Source: an uncultured Gammaproteobacteria bacterium
Lineage (GTDB): Bacteria; Pseudomonadota; Gammaproteobacteria; CAWCPV01
Assembly: GCA_963797555.1 (NCBI GenBank)
Contig: CAWCPV010000011.1
Location: 1-64,000 of the forward strand
Length of the DNA stretch: 64,000 nt
Direction: 5' to 3'
The position numbers and the translations under genes were made by a program. Positions 58,971 to 64,000 of the stretch are shown one piece after another; the first letter of the stretch is position 1, and every line of letters begins with the position of its first letter. Below the pieces are notes generated by a model. That model was not told the DNA's origin. It was given only the letters and a program-made list of their open reading frames with translations, and made no database searches.

Positions 58971-59633
58971 CTACCAGCGGGGCGGGAGCTTCCTCAATAG
59001 GGTGACGCGCTTCCCCTTGATCGCGATGTAACCACCGGCCTTGAGGTCTCGTAACAGAACGCCGACCATCTCTCTGGACGCGCCGACCATGTTTGCGATG
59101 CCTTGCTGAGTGAGCTTGCCCGTCACGAGCTGGCCATTCTCCTCATAGGCATGTTCTTGTAACACCCGTACCAACCGGCCGTACACGTCCCGCAGCGCAA
59201 GGTCACTCACCGCTTCCGTAAGCCGAGTCACCCGTTCGACCAAGTTCGCGATCAGGTTCAATGCGATCTGCGGATGGCGCCCGAGGCACTCCAAGAACGC
59301 GGCCTTGGAGATGACCAGAAAGGATGAGTCCTCCAAGGTCGCCACCGAGGCCGTCCGCGGGCAGTTCCCCAGCAGGCCGAGCTCTCCGAGATATTCTCCA
59401 GGCCCCTGGATGTTGAGCACCTTTTCCTTGCCGCTCTCGTCAGCGACGTAGACCTTCACCTTGCCCGAGACGATCAGATACAGGCGTGATGATTCCTCTC
59501 CCTTCTGGATGAAAACGGTATTCTTGCGGAATGTCCGCGTAACGGCATGTCTCTTGATGACGCTGATCTCGTCGGCCGAGAGCCCCGCGAACAGTTTAAC
59601 GTTCTCAAGCAAGGCGCTTCTGTCCCTGGCCAC
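58971..59633 (-). CDS. CRP/FNR-family regulator (cNMP-binding type)
   Basis: GELGLL..PRTAS cNMP pocket; HTH TQQGIANMVGASREMV. Confidence 0.92.
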   Translation of the reverse strand: MARDRSALLENVKLFAGLSADEISVIKRHAVTRTFRKNTVFIQKGEESSRLYLIVSGKVKVYVADESGKEKVLNIQGPGEYLGELGLLGNCPRTASVATLEDSSFLVISKAAFLECLGRHPQIALNLIANLVERVTRLTEAVSDLALRDVYGRLVRVLQEHAYEENGQLVTGKLTQQGIANMVGASREMVGVLLRDLKAGGYIAIKGKRVTLLRKLPPRW

Positions 59634-59828
59634 TGCGGCGGCAGTGTCGCCGCTGATTCGGATTGCCCCCAGAAGTATCCGTATCGTAACGCAACGTGCG
59701 CAACTTCAACGGTGACAGGCTGCAGCCTTCAACCGTTCAATCCGGCCAGCCTCCTTCGGACCGGGATCGGCAGCGGGCGGGCGAGCCTCCAGCCAGTGCG
59801 GCAAGACGGACGGGACGACCCGTCCGTG

Positions 59829-62800
59829 CTACACCCTCTCCTCGGAGCCGGCGCTATGCGATTCCAGCTCGTCGAGCAAGACCCCGGCGTCTTGCATGTC
59901 ACCGGTATCGAGACCCTCGGTAAACCAGCGGTGTACGGGGGCGAGCAAAGCCCGAGCCTCCGTGTGTTTGCCCTGTTTGCTCCACAGCCGCGCCAGGCTG
60001 GTGGCCGATCGCAGCTCCAGGGATCTGGCGTGCTGGTCGCGGGCAGTCCCGAGGGCGCGTTGGAGACACGCTTCGGCGTCCGCTTCATGCCCCGCGGACC
60101 GGAGAAGCAGCTCCCCTTTGAGCCGGTACTGCTCCGCCTCCCACACGTGCTCGCCGGTTTTCTCTGCCAGTGCCAGCGCCTCGGCCAGCATGTCTAATGC
60201 CCGCTGGATTTGCCCCGATCTCCCATGGGCCTCGGCCAGCCAGCCGAGATACCATGACACGCCCAGGTCCGCGCCCGTGGCGCGGAAGTCCTCTACCCCT
60301 TTGCGCATCTGCTCGATCCCATCGTCTATCTGCTGGCCGATCCAAAGCGTCCACCCGCGCACCACCGTGCTCACCGCGAGATGCAGTGGAAAGCCCTGCT
60401 CTCTGGCCAATGCCATGTCCTTCTCGGCCCATCTGCGTGCCTCCTCCGCGTCGCCGCGCGTGCGCTGCAGCACGGCCATGTACATGAGGGCCAAGGAGAT
60501 GCTGAAGGGGTGGGGCGGGTCTTGCTGTGCTAGGTCCAATGCTTGACGGGCGCGGGCTAGAGCCTGGTCTGGATAGCCGAGGACCCAGAGGGCCTGGGCC
60601 GCATAGATTAAACAGACCACCCCTACGTCATGCGCAGTGCGTAGGACTAACGCGCGGTCCTCGCGGAGGTCGTAAAGCGCGATACCCTGTTCCAGGTGCT
60701 TGAGAGCGCCGGTAAAGTCTCCGAGATAGAACGAGCTACACCCGACGGCGGTGTGCGCTACGAGATAAAGTACCCGCTCGGCGTACCTGTCGGCGACAGC
60801 CAGCATCTGCTGCCCCAGCGCGCGCGCGGCGGGGTGGCTACCCCGCAGAAAGTAGTGGACCCACAAACCATAATGGACCCACAGCCCGGACAGTGCGGGG
60901 GCGGCCTGCTCCATCTGCTCCAGCCGCTCCCACAAGGCTTGAGCCCTTCGGTAGGTGCTCTCCACCTCCGGATGCCCGACACCCTTCGCCATCACCAAGG
61001 CGGACCCCTGAGCCAGCAACATGTCCAGCTCGTACCCCGCGCGCTGCGCACCCTCGGGCAGCCTCGTCACAACGTCCAGCCCAGTGCGGAGATGCCCAAT
61101 GGCTTCCAGGTTCGCTGAACGCTGCAGAGCGGCCTGTCCTGCCCGCAGCCAATGGGCCACAGCGCGCTGCGGCAGGTCTGCGCCGGTGTAATGGTGGGCA
61201 ACCAGCTCGGGCTGTATCTCGGCGACTTCGGGGAAGCGCTCCTCCAAAACCTGGGCGATCCGCTGGTGGTATTGCTGGCGGGTGCTCTTCAGCAAGGACT
61301 GATAGGCAGCATCCTGGATCAAGGCATGCTTGAACAAATAGCTCGCCTCGGGCGGCTCTCCGGTCTGGTAAACCAACTGGGCATCTACCAGCCGCGCCAG
61401 TCCCTCCCGCAAGCCGGCCTCGCCGGCCTGCCAGACCGCCTGCAGCAGCTCATAGGAAAACTTCCGGCCGATGGTGGCTGCCAACTGGGCCACGGACTTG
61501 ACCGGGGCCAGGCGGTCGAGGCGGGCCATCAGGGAATCCTGCAGACTCGCAGGAATCGCTAGCGAAGCCGGCCGCCCCGCCAGCGCGTAGCCGCCTTGGT
61601 CCTCACGCACCAGCCCCGATTCCAGGATCGCCTTGAGCAACTCTTCGACGAACAGCGGCAGTCCGTCTGTCTTGGTGTAGATCTGCTCCAGAACCTGGGG
61701 CGGCACCCGCTTGCCCTGGGTGAGCTGATCGACCAGCAGCGAGACTTGGTCGTGCGTCAAACGGCTCAGGCGGATCGTCGTACAGTGTCGCGACCCGGCC
61801 CACGAGGGCTCGAACTCGGTCCGGGAAGTCAGCAAGGTCAGCATCGGGGCGCTTGGCGTCCGTTTGACCACCAGCGTGAGCAGCGCAAGCGTCGATGGGT
61901 CTGCCCACTGCAGATCCTCCACCACCAACAGGACTGGCTGTCGCTTCGCTTCCAACAGCAGCCAGCCTGACAGGGTCTCCAGGGTCTTCTCTCTTCGCCT
62001 CTGCGGCGTCAGCTGGAGCGCCGGGTAGCGGTCGTCGCACGGAATCGACAGCAGCGACGCAACGAGCGGAATGACCTGCGGCAGGGCTGAGTCAAAGCGG
62101 CCCAAGACCTCTTCCAGCTTGGCGAGCTTTTCCTCGGGAGGGTCTTCCGAGGAGAGTCTGAGTAGACGCTGCAAGTGGTCGATGACTGGGTACAAAGCGC
62201 TGTTCTGAAAGAATGGCGCACAGGAGTATTCGATCCGCAGGGCGGCATCGGACTGGGGCTGGGTCCCGCCGATCGCGCCCTCGGTCTGACCCGAGTGATG
62301 GCCCATGGCGATGGGTGCATCACCGAGCTCACTCGCCACCTCCTCCTTCAGGGACTGCACCAGGCGCGATTTGCCAACGCCCGCCTCTCCGCTCACGAGA
62401 ACTACCTGACCGTCGCCCGAGACGGCCTGCTCCCAGCAGCGGCGCAGCACGGAGATCTCCCTCTCGCGGCCTACCAGAGGAGTCAGACCAGCGGCTGGGT
62501 GTGTGGCCTCGAAGCGACTCTCCGACGCGCGAGGACGAATGACTCGCCACGCTTGCAGCGGCTCGGGGAAGCCCTTGAGGGAGTGGTGGCCGAGGTCGGC
62601 ATACTCGAACAGGCCACCCGTCAGCTTTCGCGTGGTCGGATCGACGACGACGCTGTCGGGATCCGCGAGCGCTTGGAGGCGTGCGGCCAGGTTGGGCGTC
62701 TTCCCGGTCGCCCCTCCTGTCCCCAGCCCATCACCCACTACCACCTCGCCCGTGGCGATACCGATGCGCGTCTGCAGCCGCAGCCCCGGTCGGGTCTGAA

Positions 62801-63302
62801 GCTCTCCTATCGCAGCGACAACGCCAAGGCCCGCCCGGACCGCCCGCTCTGGATCGTGCTCCATCGCGCGCGGGTATCCGAAATAGGCGAGCACGCCGTC
62901 TCCCAGGTATTGGGCCACGTGCCCTGCAAAACCCTCTATAACGGACGCGCAGCAGTGTTGGTACGCCAGGACGATCTGGCGCAGGTCTTCGGGGTCCATC
63001 CGTGAGGACAACGCGGTGTAGCCGACCAAGTCACAAAACATCACCGCGAGCTGGCGGCGTTCGGCTTCGATCGAGGGACTCGCGCGGGCTCGCGGAGCGG
63101 CGGCCGCCCGGCCGGCGGCAGCCTGTGCCGTGGCCACGATCGCTTTCAACAGCCTCTTGCGATGGCCGAGCGGGATGCCGAGCTTTTCCAGGTCCCCATC
63201 GGTGAGGTCTGGGAGCACATCGAGTTCGATCGCGTGCTGCTTGAAGAGCGCGGCATATCGGGCAAGCCCGATCTCGGCGAGCCATGCGTCCATCGCCGTC
63301 AT
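59829..63302 (-). CDS. SAM - class III nucleotide cyclase - AAA/STAND ATPase - TPR protein
   Basis: SAM (LGIPLGHRKRLL), MFCDLVG, YLGDG, NLAARLQ, GEAGVGKS, VEDLQWAD, C-terminal TPRs. Confidence 0.92.
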   Translation of the reverse strand: MTAMDAWLAEIGLARYAALFKQHAIELDVLPDLTDGDLEKLGIPLGHRKRLLKAIVATAQAAAGRAAAAPRARASPSIEAERRQLAVMFCDLVGYTALSSRMDPEDLRQIVLAYQHCCASVIEGFAGHVAQYLGDGVLAYFGYPRAMEHDPERAVRAGLGVVAAIGELQTRPGLRLQTRIGIATGEVVVGDGLGTGGATGKTPNLAARLQALADPDSVVVDPTTRKLTGGLFEYADLGHHSLKGFPEPLQAWRVIRPRASESRFEATHPAAGLTPLVGREREISVLRRCWEQAVSGDGQVVLVSGEAGVGKSRLVQSLKEEVASELGDAPIAMGHHSGQTEGAIGGTQPQSDAALRIEYSCAPFFQNSALYPVIDHLQRLLRLSSEDPPEEKLAKLEEVLGRFDSALPQVIPLVASLLSIPCDDRYPALQLTPQRRREKTLETLSGWLLLEAKRQPVLLVVEDLQWADPSTLALLTLVVKRTPSAPMLTLLTSRTEFEPSWAGSRHCTTIRLSRLTHDQVSLLVDQLTQGKRVPPQVLEQIYTKTDGLPLFVEELLKAILESGLVREDQGGYALAGRPASLAIPASLQDSLMARLDRLAPVKSVAQLAATIGRKFSYELLQAVWQAGEAGLREGLARLVDAQLVYQTGEPPEASYLFKHALIQDAAYQSLLKSTRQQYHQRIAQVLEERFPEVAEIQPELVAHHYTGADLPQRAVAHWLRAGQAALQRSANLEAIGHLRTGLDVVTRLPEGAQRAGYELDMLLAQGSALVMAKGVGHPEVESTYRRAQALWERLEQMEQAAPALSGLWVHYGLWVHYFLRGSHPAARALGQQMLAVADRYAERVLYLVAHTAVGCSSFYLGDFTGALKHLEQGIALYDLREDRALVLRTAHDVGVVCLIYAAQALWVLGYPDQALARARQALDLAQQDPPHPFSISLALMYMAVLQRTRGDAEEARRWAEKDMALAREQGFPLHLAVSTVVRGWTLWIGQQIDDGIEQMRKGVEDFRATGADLGVSWYLGWLAEAHGRSGQIQRALDMLAEALALAEKTGEHVWEAEQYRLKGELLLRSAGHEADAEACLQRALGTARDQHARSLELRSATSLARLWSKQGKHTEARALLAPVHRWFTEGLDTGDMQDAGVLLDELESHSAGSEERV

Positions 63303-63552
63303 GGCGCCCCATCGTACGAGAGCTTCGCCGTCCTTCCCCGCTCTCTCATTCCGTCCTGGCTGCTCGCTCCCTTGTCAGCGCACGCCGTTGGTCTGTCAGA
63401 AAGGCGTGGGGCCTCATCGGAGCGTCGCGGCGACAATCGGTTGGCCGTCGTAGCATCCATGGAGGTCCGGGTAACGGCCACAGGCCCCCGGTATTGGAAT
63501 ATCTAACGCAGGGGTGAGTATAACGCGGTTTAGCTTGACGTGTCGCTGCTCA

Positions 63553-63600
63553 GAGCTTCCGAAGAAATCGCCGTTAGCGGCCCGAGAGCAACACGCATGG
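63553..63600. mobile_element. Diverged MITE left end
   Basis: TCA then GAGCTTCCGAAGAAATCGCCG..AGCGGCCCGAGAGCAA. Confidence 0.55.
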
Positions 63601-63884
63601 ATCGAGGAGCTCTACGGCGTCCAAATCCTTGCGCACGAAACGCGGAGAGTAGTAGCGCGTCAGTAGGGTTGGCGCCTGCTGCCAGCTTCCCGAACACAGC
63701 AGGTCGGCCGCGGGCGTGCGACACCGCCCATGGGCCAGACGGTACTCAACCTGCCGCACGTTGGACACCGGTTTGGACGGAATGTGCTCCGGAGCGCAGG
63801 GGCGCAGGTGCTCCGTGGAGGGTTTCACCGAGCGCTATGTTAACGCAGCCGTGTGCGGGACGGCGGGAGGTCCGAATGCGCCCC

Positions 63885-63913
63885 TTGCCAGGGGAGGGGC
63901 GATCCAGTATAAA
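63885..63913 (+). promoter_or_regulatory. Putative sigma70 promoter of rpmB
   Basis: TTGCCA-17 bp-TATAAA. Confidence 0.55.
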
Positions 63914-63953
63914 GCTTTGTTCTTTTGCTACATCTACCGAGCTGGAGGTGACC

Positions 63954-64000
63954 GTGTCCAGAGTGTGTCAGGTGACCGGGAAGCGCCCTGTGACGGGCAA
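63954..64000 (+). CDS. rpmB: 50S ribosomal protein L28 (partial, runs off the window)
   Basis: GGAGG RBS; GTG start, then SRVCQVTGKRPVTG. Confidence 0.9.
   Translation, partial: MSRVCQVTGKRPVTG

Overview
GC-rich proteobacterial chromosome segment, probably a gammaproteobacterium (ftsY-rpoH, rsmD-coaD-yfhL-type ferredoxin-ggt, radC...rpmB synteny). CysQ, SulP and a sulfur-globule-like protein hint at sulfur metabolism. Intact housekeeping genes (hemE, pip, msrA, cysQ, rpoH, ftsY, coaD, radC, arfB) are interleaved with clear genome erosion. The cbb3 oxidase (cco) cluster is pseudogenised, ftsEX and two M16 peptidase genes are reduced to short relics, and there are many IS remnants (IS1182, IS630, IS110, IS5, ISAzo13). 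Most notable: (i) a 2.3-kb IS50/Tn5-like element with 19-bp ends and a 9-bp target duplication that carries a DUF4338 (DruA/Mom-like) passenger gene, plus two more decayed DUF4338 elements; (ii) a multi-copy modular MITE family with TCA target duplications; (iii) an accessory redox cluster (NarI-like cytochrome b, HdrD-like Fe-S protein, cytochrome c5, DUF2173, pentapeptide-repeat protein) with internal duplications; (iv) a perfect CIRCE upstream of rpoH; (v) a c-di-GMP cluster with a stand-alone MshEN-like protein, and a cyclase-CRP island. A 153-bp poly-T/poly-A tract and some single-base indels may be sequencing artefacts. All family assignments come from motif recognition by eye; no database searches were run.
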